From Glaucostegus cemiculus (taxonomy: Eukaryota): 64,000 nt of DNA. Shown one piece after another: positions 25,531 to 37,965 of the stretch (the first letter of the stretch is position 1; each line of letters opens with the position of its first letter). The stretch spans positions 7,440,001-7,504,000 of the forward strand of contig CDPCPM010000164.1 in the NCBI GenBank assembly GCA_976551045.1, in the 5' to 3' direction. The notes beneath the pieces were generated by a model. The model was not told the DNA's origin and ran no database searches. It saw nothing but the letters and a program-made list of their open reading frames with translations. A program made the position numbers and the translations under genes.

Positions 25531-26100
25531 GAAAATAACAGCACGAGTAGACTATTTGCCCTTCGAGCCTGCTCTGCCATTCCATACGATCGTGGCTGCA
25601 TTACACGTGATGTGCAAAGGCAAATTGTTGCAGGGTTTGTCTTTGTTGTATGAAATCACTCGTTTTCAGCTTCTGAGTTTGTGTCAACACTTGGCAGCCA
25701 GCCAAAACCATCTCAGGGAATATCCACCAACAATGCCTTTTTACATTTTAAGTTCCATTGTTTCATCTCAAAAAAATAAGTTGAATTTTTGTAAGCAAAC
25801 AGGGGGAGAAGGGAAATTTCCAGATCTGTTTTTTTTTTCTTAATTGGTCTCAGTTGTTATCTAATTTTTCATCTTCCCCAAGAGATTGCAAGGCTCCAAC
25901 TGGGTAATGAGCAAGCATGTAAGGCTGAATGAGGCATCACAATGGAACAGATCAGATGGTATTTCCCTGTCTTACAGTTTAATATGTTCATAGAAAAGAA
26001 ACTAATTACACTCTGTGTTTTGTTGATAATATTTAGAATTATTACTTATATAAATTCTAAATTTCTTTATGTTGATAGTTGGGAAGAGAGAAGGTGCAAG

Positions 26101-26127
26101 AGAAAGAGAGAGGGGGGGAGAGAGGGA

Positions 26128-26190
<63 letters not shown>
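26101..26190 (+). repeat. (GA)n microsatellite with purine-rich lead-in
   Basis: Direct reading: pure GA repeats from about 26132 to 26187. Confidence 0.98.
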
Positions 26191-26977
26191 TGAGAAGAGA
26201 GACACATTCAAGAACCAATCACAAAAACAGTGTTCTCAGTGACCAATTAGAAAAGCACAAATCAGCAATACCAGTTATGGTTCTTCCACCTAAACCTAAC
26301 AAGTACATGACCTGTCCCTCCTGACAGTGCCGACACGGAGCAGGAACCAAGCTGCACATTTGGATCAGAGGCAGCACGTCAGACAACCCTTCAATGGAAG
26401 TGCAACTGCTGAATATTCGCTTGCTTAAACATGTCTGGGCACCTTTTCCTTTTCAGTTCCCCTGTAATTTCATGTTGCCTTTTTTCTATCCCTGTGTAAA
26501 TTCGGAGCTTGACCAGATAAACATGAAACGTGATTGTGAGCTAAATGTCCAAGCCATCCAACTGGGGAAACAAAAATATTGTGCAGCATGCAAAGCACCA
26601 AGTTAGTGTTTTATTCCCTCCTCCACACTGACCTCAGCAGGCTTTGTCCAGGTCTACCTGCATGTGACTTAGGAGCCCCTCCCACTCCATCCTATGCACC
26701 ACAGATGTGACAGGTATCAGCTGGCAGTGCAACCAAAGAAGATGCCATGGTCAATCGCCGAAGCCTGGCGAGGGGACAGTTCTCGTATAGACCCCAAATA
26801 TAAAGCCAGCTCCATTTGATCCATAGAACCAGTCCTGTCTCCCTTCAGCTTCACTATACCTGGTGCTCCCACCATCTCAGCCACACCAACACCCTCAATC
26901 TACATCAGATACACCAACAAACCCCTCCATCCCAACCTCACTAATCCCTTTTCTCAACTATGACTGTACCTCCCCTT

Positions 26978-27565
26978 TCATGTTGCAGCTGTATAAAACT
27001 TTGGTTAGGCCACATTTGGAGTGTTGTGTGCAGTTCTGGTTGCCACATCACAGGAAGGATGTGGAGGCTTTGGAGAAGGAGCAGAAGAGGTTCACCAGGT
27101 TGTTGCCTGGATTGGATTGTATTAGCTATAAGGATAGGCTGGACAATTTTGGATTGTTTTCTCCAAACTGTCGTAGGTTGAGAGGTGACCCCTGATAGAA
27201 GAACATAGAATTATGAGATGCATAGATAGGGTTGACAATCAGAGTCTTTTTCCCCCAGAGTGGAAATGTCAAATACTAGAGGGTATAGCTTTAAGATAAA
27301 AGAGGGAAGGTTTATGGAAAATGTATGTTTTTTGTTTAGACATAGAGAGTGCTATGTGCCTGGAATGCACTGCTAGGGGAGACAGTAGAAGCAGATACGA
27401 TAGCAACGTTTAAGAGGCATTTAAACAGGGATATGAACTGGCAGGGAATGGAGGGATATAGGCCATGTGCAGGCAGACGGGATTAATTTAGATTGACATC
27501 ATGGTTGGCACAGACATGGTGGGCAGAAGGGCCTGTTCCCGTGCTGTACTGTTCGGTGTTTCTAT
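26978..27565 (+). mobile_element. CR1 LINE 3' fragment
   Basis: MLQLYKTLVRPHLECCVQFWLPHHRKDVEALEKEQKRFTRLLPGL, then the 3' UTR GAAGGGCCTGTTCCCGTGCTGTACTGTTC. Confidence 0.9.
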
Positions 27566-27819
27566 TTCAGTAACAACCAAGCCCCTCATTTCAGTCATGC
27601 CAGAACCCCTCCTCAGCCAGCCCATGCACCGCTGCCCCCATTCCCACCACACCACCCAGCTCTGTTTCAGGGTCACCACAAACCCCAGCTCAGCTGTACC
27701 AATTCCAGCCAAGTCAGGCCCCACCTCAGTCACACCGGCCCTTCACAGTCACGTCAGCCACATTAACGTTCCTCCAGCTCAGAAACACCAGCAACCCTCA
27801 TCTCAGCTACACAGACCTC

Positions 27820-28150
27820 GACCCTCACCTCAAGCACACCTGGGGGACCCCCCACCTCATCCGCACCCGGGGCCCCCCTCCGCCTCATCCGCACCCGGGG
27901 TCCCCCACCACATCCACACCAGGACCCCCTACCTCATTCACACCCGGGACCCCCCCACCTCATCCACACCAGGACCCCTACCTCATTCACACCCAGGACC
28001 CCCCCACCTCATCCACACCAGGACCCCTACCTCATTCACACCCGACCCCCCCTACTTCATCCACACCCAGGACCCCCCCCACCTCATCCACACCAGGGAC
28101 ACCCCCCCCACCTCAAGCACACCTGGGGCCTCCACCTCAACCACATTGGG
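27820..28150 (+). repeat. C-rich minisatellite, unit about 22-26 bp (CACCTCATCCACACCAGGACCCCC), about 13 copies
   Basis: Direct reading of tandem variant units. The minus strand carries many GGG/GGGG runs. Confidence 0.92.
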
Positions 28151-31100
28151 GCTCCCATTTCAGTCATGCCATACCCCATCCCACACCACCCACTCCCTCC
28201 TCAGTCTCGCCAAATTCCCTACCCAACACTGCTAATTTTCCTTCTCAGTCACAGTAACTCACACCCTCCCTCCATAGCATTAGTTAAGGAAAACATTTGT
28301 ATATCAAGCTGCACTTTAAAGAAATGATTGATAGTCTCTGCTGATTTTATGAAATTACAGAATAAGATGACAACCTGCTTATCTCCATTAAGTGAAAATG
28401 AGGAAAATTCTGGGGATACTCCAAGCCCAAGATGAAAAAAAGACATAGCTGGAAATGTTCAATGCATCATGCAGCATCTGGGGAGAAACAGAAGCAACAG
28501 CCTGGATTCTGCTGAGTGGGCCTGCTGCCCACATTTGTCAATGAACAAGATGGATATCATGCACTGACGTTCTCTGAACCCGGTAACATAACTTCCTTAG
28601 CCATGGCAGGGTGGCTGAGTTTCCATGGTACCAAGGCTTTACACAAACATAACAGACACATGGTTAGGTCAGATCTAGCCCCACCCATGAAATTCCTCTG
28701 AAATCTGACTGCTGGCCAAGGCACCTGCCAATGCTGTCAGATTTATGAATGCTTCAGAATATCCTTGACCTAGAAAAAAATAAGCCATTAGAAATAAACA
28801 ATTAAATACTTTAATGGTTTCTACTAAATTACCTAACAAGATTTTAAAATTCTTAAATAATAAACAGAAATCATTTAAAAATAAATAAATAATCTAAAGA
28901 ATAAAGAAAACCCTGCATATATTGGAAATCTGAAATAATAACAGAAAATGCTAGAATCTTTCAATGGGTCAGGTAGCATCTATGGAGTTAATATTTCAGA
29001 ACCATCATTCCTCACAGCCACAAGTTCTTCATTGAAGTAAATAGTTTGGGATATCTTTGCAGGTACAAAACCATGTTGACTTTTACAAGAGTAAGTATTT
29101 GTAGTTCTTTGCAGAATGGCTGGACAAACCCAGCAAAATCTAGGCTGATGTTTTTGATCTAGAAGTTTTTCTGGCAACCTTAACCATTAGTTTTGTTTCT
29201 CTCAGCGCAGGTGCTGTCTGACATGCTGAAAAATTTTAAGTAAAAACTATAGCTGGTTTAACCAGTTAACACTTACCAGCTATATCTCCATCATTTTTTC
29301 CTTGTGCATACAAAGTTCAGCTACTTTGAGGAAGATTTTTCTTGCACTGGCATAGTAAGAAATGTCTGCATTACCCATGCAAACTTCTTTTTAATTATTG
29401 CTGTACAGCGTCAGGAGAAGGAAGAAAGTAGAGAGCACATGCTCTCCATGGGGAGAAGTAATATATTCAAGATGGATACTGTGCATCTTAACAACTCCAC
29501 AGCAAACTACCTATCCATAGGTTCAGAGGAAATATTTAATTACGGTAAACCACAGCTTTAATCAATCAAGTTGGGTCTGACCCAAGGGTAATTGCATATG
29601 CTGCACCGTCATTATGGTGTTCTTGATGAATACCTAAACAAATGAAGCAAATAATTTGTTTTAGCAAGGAATGATGCCTCAGGAAATTCTTCTCCATTTT
29701 CAGTATCTGAGTGAGCCAAAAGCCAGGCAACTGAACTAACTGCCCTGTCAATCAGGTAAAAGTAAGTTCCAGTGAAATATCCCCCGTAAAATTCATGCAC
29801 TCATTTTGAGAGTGGTTTTGGCTATCTCAGCTACCCAACTCTGAGCATGCTTAAATCAATTAACATGAGGGACAGAGGGGAGAATGCTTTGAAATTATCA
29901 CATGAGGTAACTTGGAACAAACTCTTTAAGGTGCCCCTGCACCAGGATTAGCTGAAACTGACAGGTTTAAAATATATATAATTCTGCAGAATGTTAAAGT
30001 ATTGTCTGTGGATTACTGGACCCAGAGTAAAGTTTATGAAGCATTTTCTTAAATATGGAAAAAGTGGAAACCAAAAAGAAGTTTGTCTTTGAATCCGTAA
30101 TGGCAAACATCCAATATAGAAACATCCACACTTGGCATTTGGCTTCTGAAATTGGCTTCCACTGATGTGCATGCACAATTATAATCAGACATTCAGCCTG
30201 ACAACAAGAATGAATTTCTTGGTGATAGAATCCTACAACAGAGGATGGGTCATCCAAGCCTATATGCCTGTGCTAGCTCTTTATGTAGCAGCTGGAAAAT
30301 TCCACTTGGCTCTAATTGCCTTTAGTATTGTAATAGAAATAATTTCACCTTTAAACACATTGAGAGGTTCTGAGAACAAGCAAGGCACTCAGAGTGGTAT
30401 TTGTTTTTGTCCTCCATCATTATTATAGGAAGAGGAGAGAAAAGCAAGAAGTTGCATCATAACTATACACATAATGCAAATCCAATGTAGAACTTAGCAA
30501 TGAGCTCTTGCTTCTGAAGAACGTTTGACTCCTGGGATTTGCATCATTAGATACAAAGCAATGCAAGTTAACTTTTGTGTGATAGGAAACCAGAGGATTC
30601 AAGGCAGTGAATGACGCAGTTGAAGCTGTGTAGATATGTGTGGTTAACATCAGTAGATTTTCCTGACATAATAGGAAGGTGGGTGATACCAGACACAACA
30701 GGCAACATGGCAGATCATCTGTGTCCACATTCCATTTGACCATAAGTGCACATCTGCATGCAAATGTATGTCAGCTGATGAACAGTGTCTGTAAAAACCT
30801 CCATTCCTAAAAGAAGATGAAACCACAGACTGACGGTAAGAGCAACATGCAAAGCATGTCCTTATTTATGTCTCCAGATACACCTAACCTAATCTCTACT
30901 GACAATTATTTTATTCCTTTCATCCACTATCCTGCAGAAAGAAAGTTTAATAACATTATGGGGATGTGAATTTAACCACAGTGAAGGTAAAGCAATAGAG
31001 AACAAAGATAAAACATGACAGTATCATTGCCATCTGGGAAATATGCTAATAATTGTGCATGCCAAGTTGCAAAAAAGAATCTGCTTTTTATGACTTGCTG

Positions 31101-33604
31101 CCAACACCTAATACATCTCCTCAAACAAAACTAGATTAAAAAACTAAAAATGTTTGCTTAAGTGAGCATATTATTAATCCTTATAGAGGACTGCATTGGT
31201 GGTAACTGCTAGTAGCTATTTAGATACATTATTTCCTAATGTATATTAGACTTTGCTTGTGTATGTAATATTGTGCCGACTTACTTTGCAGAGTCCTCTT
31301 GTAAACCAGCACCTGGTTTTACCTGAATTGCTTTTAAACTCCTTCCAGATGCCCAAGATGCTACACATTGTACAACTTCCTTGTCTGGTTCATATTAAAA
31401 CCTAATAAGACTAAGGCAATGAAAGCTTCATCCAAAAAGCAACTTTTAATGAAGATAAATCAAAGATCACTTGAATACTTGCCAAGGTTCTGGGTAATTT
31501 ATTTTGTTTTCTGTTATCAGTTGCATTAAACAAATAAATCTATCAGATAATGTTCTTTATAGTTTTACATTATTACTGTGTGGCAAAAATCAACAAAATC
31601 ACATCATATTTATAACGGTCATGATTTGTTTCCTTTACGAGTCAAATTCATTGCATTCTTATTACTAAAACACAGGGCAATTAAAGAATTCACAACTATA
31701 ATTTTGCATGGAAATAAACCATTTAGGTTACTCCTCAATGAACTTGCAGGACAAATGGCAAAAGAATTATCTTAGTTGCATGCTGATAATTTCAGGAAAA
31801 TGTTACAAAATTTTAATGAAAACCTCTCTCAACTGTTCCAAAAATATGCTGTAATTTACAGAAACAATGGCCCTATGACCTCAAAAAAAAGTTACTCAAA
31901 AAGATGTCTATGCTGAGAACATTTTTCCAATACTAGTTGCTGCGAGACATCAGTTCGAAACAGTGCCCCTGCACTCAACTGCTGCAAAGACATCAAACTG
32001 GCTAAGTAGTCAAGCACTTTAAAAAATTCATCCAGGCAGCATACCAGGAAGCAATTTTTAATTACTATTTGAACAATATGTAGAGTGCTAAATATTGAAA
32101 CATATACTGTACATGGTTAAGTAAGAAACTGAAATATCATAAATGAATTTAAAATATTTTTTCATTAATATGCTATTAAAATCTTACGGACCTCATGCAA
32201 CTAAGTGTAAGATTTTCAGAGTATTTTATGGTGGGGGCTAATTCAAAAATATCTAAAATTCACATTATTTCAGGTGATAGTCCATAACTTGTTAAAATGT
32301 GTTGAATCACTGACAGCAACTTCAGGTTTCCAACATTAAACCTATTCATGTACAAAAATCCTAAAATTTCAAGAAGTAATGATGAAAAATACCAACAGAT
32401 TCACCATCTGCCATATTTGTGCCAAAAGTCACTGAAGGGTTTATTTAGCATCAATGACGGAACTTCCATTTTCTTTCACTAGTCAACCACTTATTCTCAA
32501 ATCTAAACTTATAATATATCTGTACCTGAAAAACAATCTGCCTGAATATTAACATCAGCTTACCTGATGTTAATATTTATTTGTCTCATAATGTAATCTT
32601 GTTGCAGTCATAGACCATTAAGTGGTGCTGCAGACTAAATGAACAATACCTTACTCCAGCTGCAGCAGGTGGAGATGTCTCCTCTGGGTATAATGTTATA
32701 CGTGTCATTCAGATAATTGGATAGGGAGGCCTACACTTCTCAGATGGGGTATGAAAAAGCATCCTGCTCATCCTGGTCCCACAACTGAAGTTTTAAGCCT
32801 CCCTTGCTGCTTTGCTCCAACTAACTTGATGTCAAGGCTCCTAGAGTGACATCCTGCTTTCCTCTGGGTTAACATGCAATCAAAGTCATATTGGCATTAA
32901 AGGAACCACTATTTAAAGGAATGGGCAAGGTTGTAATCTCAAACACTTGAAAAATTAAGCAGCATAAATCCCAGCAGAGGAAGAATGGCAGTGAGAGTAT
33001 AAGAAGGGGCAGTAGAGGAAGAAGATAGGGTAGCTTTGATATTTTTCAATTGAAAAACAACCAAAATCTTACAAATTAGGAGCAGCAGTGGGGCACTTGG
33101 CTCCTCAAGCCTGCTTCACCATTAAGTAAGATCATGGCTGACCTGTTGGTAACCTCAACACTGCACTTCCATCTACCTGTAAACTTTCACCCCCTTGCTT
33201 ATCAAGAATCTACCCACTCCTGCCTTAAGAAGTAAGTTCCAAAGACTCACACGGTCTAAAAGAAAAAAAATACTTAGGTACACACCACAAGGTTTAAAAT
33301 ATCCGTCTTTCAAAATTACAAGTGATTTCAGCATCAAAATTTAAAGGTGAAGCCTTTATATGGGATGGAGGTGTATAGAGGTGTAAAATATTTAGTCACT
33401 TGGAAACTTAAATCTCTTAACAGTTTTTTTGGAAAGTTATTAACATGTACAGTCAGAAACTCTGGAAGACCTTGGTTGGAATAATCATAGTTTGTAACCA
33501 AAATTTAGATATGACTGTGCTGCATTAAAAGATGTCAGAAGATCAATGTAAAAGGATGAAATTGTATGCATCAGTAATTAGAACACAGCTTCTTCAATTA
33601 TGGG

Positions 33605-34450
33605 AATTGGGGTACATAACAGTTATGTTATTGGACTAATATACTGTAATCTAGAGGCTTGGGCTAATAATTCTGAGATACATGTTGATTTCATACTATA
33701 GCAATAGAAAGCTAGTGTCATTAATGAGGACTGTGAAACTACCAGACTCTCGTAAAAATGAAGTTGATTTGTCAATGTTCTTTAGGGCAGGTAATCTCCT
33801 GATCTCAACTAATTTGTGCTATTTGTCATTAGAACATAGAACATTATAGCACAGTACAGGCCCTTCCGCCCACAATGTTGTGCCGACATCTTATCCTGCT
33901 CTAAGATCTATCTAACCCTTCCCTACCACATAGCCCTCCATTTCTCTATCACTCATGTGGGTATCTAAGAGTCTCTTAAATGTCCCTAATATATCTGCCC
34001 CCACAACCTCTGCCGGCAGTGCATTCCATGCACCCACCACTATCTGTGTAAAAAAACTTACCCTTGACATCCCCCTTAAACCTTCCTTCAATCACCTTAA
34101 AATTAAGTCCCCTCGTGTTAGACATTGTAACCCTGGGAAAAAGTCTCTGACTGTCCACTCGATCTGCGCCTCTTATCATCTTGTACACCTCTATCAAGTC
34201 ACCTCTCATCCTCCTTCTCTCCAAAGAGAAAAGCCCTAGCTCACTCAACCTATCCTCATAAGACATGATTAACCCTTAACTGGCTTGGGAAATGGCATGG
34301 CAAGTCACTGAGTTCTATCAAAACTTTGATATACCTTAATTAGATGGACTGCAGCTGTTCTAAGTTGTTCACTATCAGTTTCTCAAAGACATTTATGAAA
34401 GACGATGAATGCTGGCCTTGCTTATGATGTTCATATCCTGGAAACAAAAT
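33605..34450 (+). mobile_element. Decayed shark-type SINE split by a CR1 insertion
   Basis: AAAGCTAGTGTCATTAATGAGGACTGTGAAACTACCAGAC...TTCTTTAGGGCAGG lies before the CR1. CTTAACTGGCTTGGGAAATGGCATGGCAAGTCACTGAGTT...AATGCTGGCCTTGC lies after it. Confidence 0.5.
33831..34268 (-). mobile_element. CR1 LINE 3' fragment, young
   Basis: Minus ORF MSYEDRLSELGLFSLERRRMRGDLIEVYKMIRG. Tail (TTCTATG)n reads AGAACATAGAACA on +. Confidence 0.92.
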
Positions 34451-37384
34451 AATATCATACCAACCAAAGAATAACCTAGCATCCTTGGAGAAGTCATGTT
34501 CAAATGATTCATTATGACAGAATGTGTAGAACTGTTTTGTTTTAAATTCCAGCCATATGGGATTTGGGCATCTGAAATTAATGTCCAAAATTTTCTGGCC
34601 TTCTTTCACTGGTTTTTCAGTGCACGTGGGGGTGATGGCTCATTGGGATACTGGGTGCCGACCTCTATGAATTGCCCGTCTATGAACTCTCCTTTTTTAC
34701 CTGGGATCAATCCTACCAGCTGGATAAATGCATCCTCTGACACATGTCCCAGTGGCTATATCAATAATATTAAAGTTAAACTAAACTAATAAGGTCAGTA
34801 GAGGGAAGAGTGGAATGAGGGGATGGTCGTGGTGGAGAGGTGGTGAGTATGGAGCAGAGCAAAATAGTTACTATCAGTGTTTCCTGCTCAATTACAGTCA
34901 TATTAGCTTGCATGGATACCTTATAAGAAAATTAAATTGTTGAACCATTTGGCAGCTTCACAGAAAAACCATGTCCCATTACGGAAGGATGCAATAGTGA
35001 AGCCTAGGTACCTAACCTCTTATATTTAATTAGTCCTGTGGTTCGAAATTCAGATGGGGTAAGAGGGATAGGTGGTGGAGAAGATCTGCTCCAGCCAGAA
35101 GACTGAGCTCATAAAAACAAACCCCTGACAAGAGATTGAAAGTTACAAATGAATTAAAAATATAGCACAGGACCTTGTAGCATTTGACGGTGTGATGTTC
35201 AGATGCTTCATTTAGTGAAATCCCCCTGAGAAAAAATACTTTGCTTGTTTGAACCATGTTAAATCACTTGGAGGTAAAAAAAATGAGGTATGCAAAGAAA
35301 GAAATATTTGGACTTGTTATAGCACCTTTCAGAACCTCAGACCATCCCACAACACACTGAAATCCTATCTGGAGAACAATAGCAATTACAATATGGGAAG
35401 CACGGCAGTCAATTTTTGCGGATGAGATAATGACAAGATAGCTGCATGAGAAATATTGGTCAGGGCAAAGAGTAAACTGTGATCTCAAATTCCTTTCTTC
35501 TCATCCATCTCCCCACCCCAACCTACAATCTCCCCCTCATGTCCCTCTGCTCCAGATGTGACCTAGTGCTTAGAACTATCATTGCCAATGGCCAGCCTCT
35601 CAGACTAGCTGGATACCACTGAAAGAAAAACTGATAGCTTTAGCAGCATCCTGTTTTTACCCACATCTCTGCATTTCTTAGCCTTGTAAACACTTTTTCC
35701 CTTCAACACTGCCCCCCCTTTCACTTGACCAAACAGCTGCCATCATGTATTTTCTGTGTCAACTAAGAGGAGCTTATCCATAGGATTAGGTTAAGGGCAG
35801 TGACAAATGGACCCATCTAGATACATTCCCTTTCCTTTGACAGTAATTTAGGGAACCCACATGTCAGCAATTGAAGTGTGTAAAATCACCCTTGTTAAAC
35901 CTAGAGGGGTAATTAGCTGTTGTAATTATGTACTCATATAGGTACTTTCCACTAGCTTCCTGGAAAGAATTCTTATTAGGTTCAGAGAATCTGCCATCCT
36001 TATTATTCTTTGCAATAAATACAAGCTATGGACTCCAACATTCATTACTGCACCTACAGGTTTCACACAAACATGAGGTAGACCAATATATAACCTAATC
36101 ACAATAAAAAATGAAAACCAGAAATACTGAAAATTGGAAACAATGAAATGAAAATACTGGAAAGATTCAGGTTGATCAGTGTCATGAAGAGAGCACATGA
36201 AGGACCCTACTTCTTAAATATTAATCTTTCTCTACAGATAGTGACTGACTACATAAACATAGAACTATTAATATCGCATCATTAACCTAACCTCATGTTT
36301 TCTTAAAATTAATGTAAAAAGACTTTCATCTCCATATAATTGTGTATCTCAGTGCAGGATAAATAGATTATATGATGGAGAATCAATTAGATAAAAAATA
36401 AACCTCCCTTGATACATATTTCTTGTCTCATTGCCACCTGCAACCTCACGAATTGTTAGCCTGAAGCTACTTGCTTAATTTTTCAGTAACCACTCAGCTC
36501 TATAGTATATGTGACATTTTATGATTGGCCCAATTTTTTTTAATCATTGCAATCATCATTTATTTACCATCTTGTTGTTGGAATAATATCTGTTGAAGTG
36601 ACAGTGCAAAATTACTAATTAAACAGCAACCTGTTTTTTTTCCCAAAGTTTCAGCCAATAGCTGAGTCAAAGGAGATAGAAAGGTCTTGGATTTGATTTC
36701 TGGTCTGTGCTGAAATGGCTCAGATTGATTGTAAGCATACTACAACTTATCTTGGCAATTCTTGATTAGGGAGAAGGGAAAAAGTTCTTGTTTCTAGTCA
36801 CAGTCTAACTGTGTATACTAGAAGAGCGCATGTACGAGTTTAGCTGTTATGCCTCTCAGCTGAATAACTTGACGACACTGACAATGAAGGTTCAGCAATG
36901 ATTAATACACTTCACCAAGAAATTAGATCTAGCAATGTTGCCACTAGAAAACAAATGAAGTTTTTGCTCCCTTCAATAAAATTAGCATCAGATGCAATGG
37001 ATAACAAGGGTATATCTGCTACTCAGTTGAAATACAGCTTAGTGTTCAGGTGACCCCAATGAATTCAAATAACTTCCTTTCACTTCCAGAACAGTTCTTT
37101 TAATTTAGTCCAACATGAGTAAATAAAAAGTAGAGATATCTGAATCTTAATGAGAAATTGATTAATATTATGGCATTAAAATCAATAAAACATATGAAAA
37201 GGGATTATGAGAATACATAGCAAATACACAATACATACCACATAAGAGTAAATTTTCAAGGTTCATGTCTAATGGCAACACATATTAGAAAACTGTTGAT
37301 TTACTGCCTCTAAGTAAATTTACTACTTTACAACTTGGAATGTGACTCAACACAATAAGATATTCAGATAACATCTGTTTCATA

Positions 37385-37965
37385 ATTTTTGCCACAAATT
37401 TTCACCCTGCTCTCCAATTTACTTGGACTCCCTGGTACTTCTCTCTCCTTCCTCGATTTTCCATCTCTAATCTCAGGAGATTCCTTATCAACCGACATCT
37501 TCTACAAACCCACTGATGCCCACAGCTACCTCGATTACAGGTCCTCCCACCCTGTCTCTTACAAGGACACTATCCCTTTTACTTAATTTCTCCACCTCTG
37601 CTGCATTTGCTCCCACGATGAGGCTTTCCACTCCAGGACACCCCACCCCACCATGCTTCTTCTCTTCTTCCCTTTCGTAGCCTCTTTTTTACCTCTTTTC
37701 TTACCTCTTACCCATCCTCCAGTGGATCTGTTCTCCCCTCCTCCCCCACACCTGCCTATCACTATCTCTTCCCTGCATCTACCTATCACCACCTTGCACC
37801 CACCCCGCCTCCTCTCTTTTGTCCACCTATTACTGCTCTACTTTTCCCTCCTATATATTGGGCTTCCTCTTTTCCTATCTTCAGTGTTGAGCTGAAACAT
37901 TGACTGCCTGCTTTTCTCCATGGATGCTGCCAGGCCTGCTGAGTTCCTCCAGCATCATAGCGTTT
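37385..37965 (+). mobile_element. Penelope-like element fragment (RT C-terminal part joined to the terminal repeat)
   Basis: Peptide GTSLSFLD..ISGDSLSTDIFYKPTDAHSYLDYRSSHPVSYKDTIPF..FLHLCCICSHDEAFHSRT is typical of fish and shark Penelope RT. Ends in GATGCTGCCAGGCCTGCTGAGTTCCTCCAGCATC. Confidence 0.8.

Noticed and set aside
25942-26324. ORFs with (ER)n or (SL)n runs
   Set aside because: These are translations of a (GA)n microsatellite.
27820-28150. CRISPR-like appearance of the tandem arrays here and at 49341-49568
   Set aside because: Units are contiguous with no unique spacers, there are no cas genes, and the DNA is vertebrate.
27501-28235. 244-aa Pro/His/Thr-rich ORF
   Set aside because: It starts in a CR1 3' UTR and runs through a C-rich minisatellite that lacks stop codons by composition.
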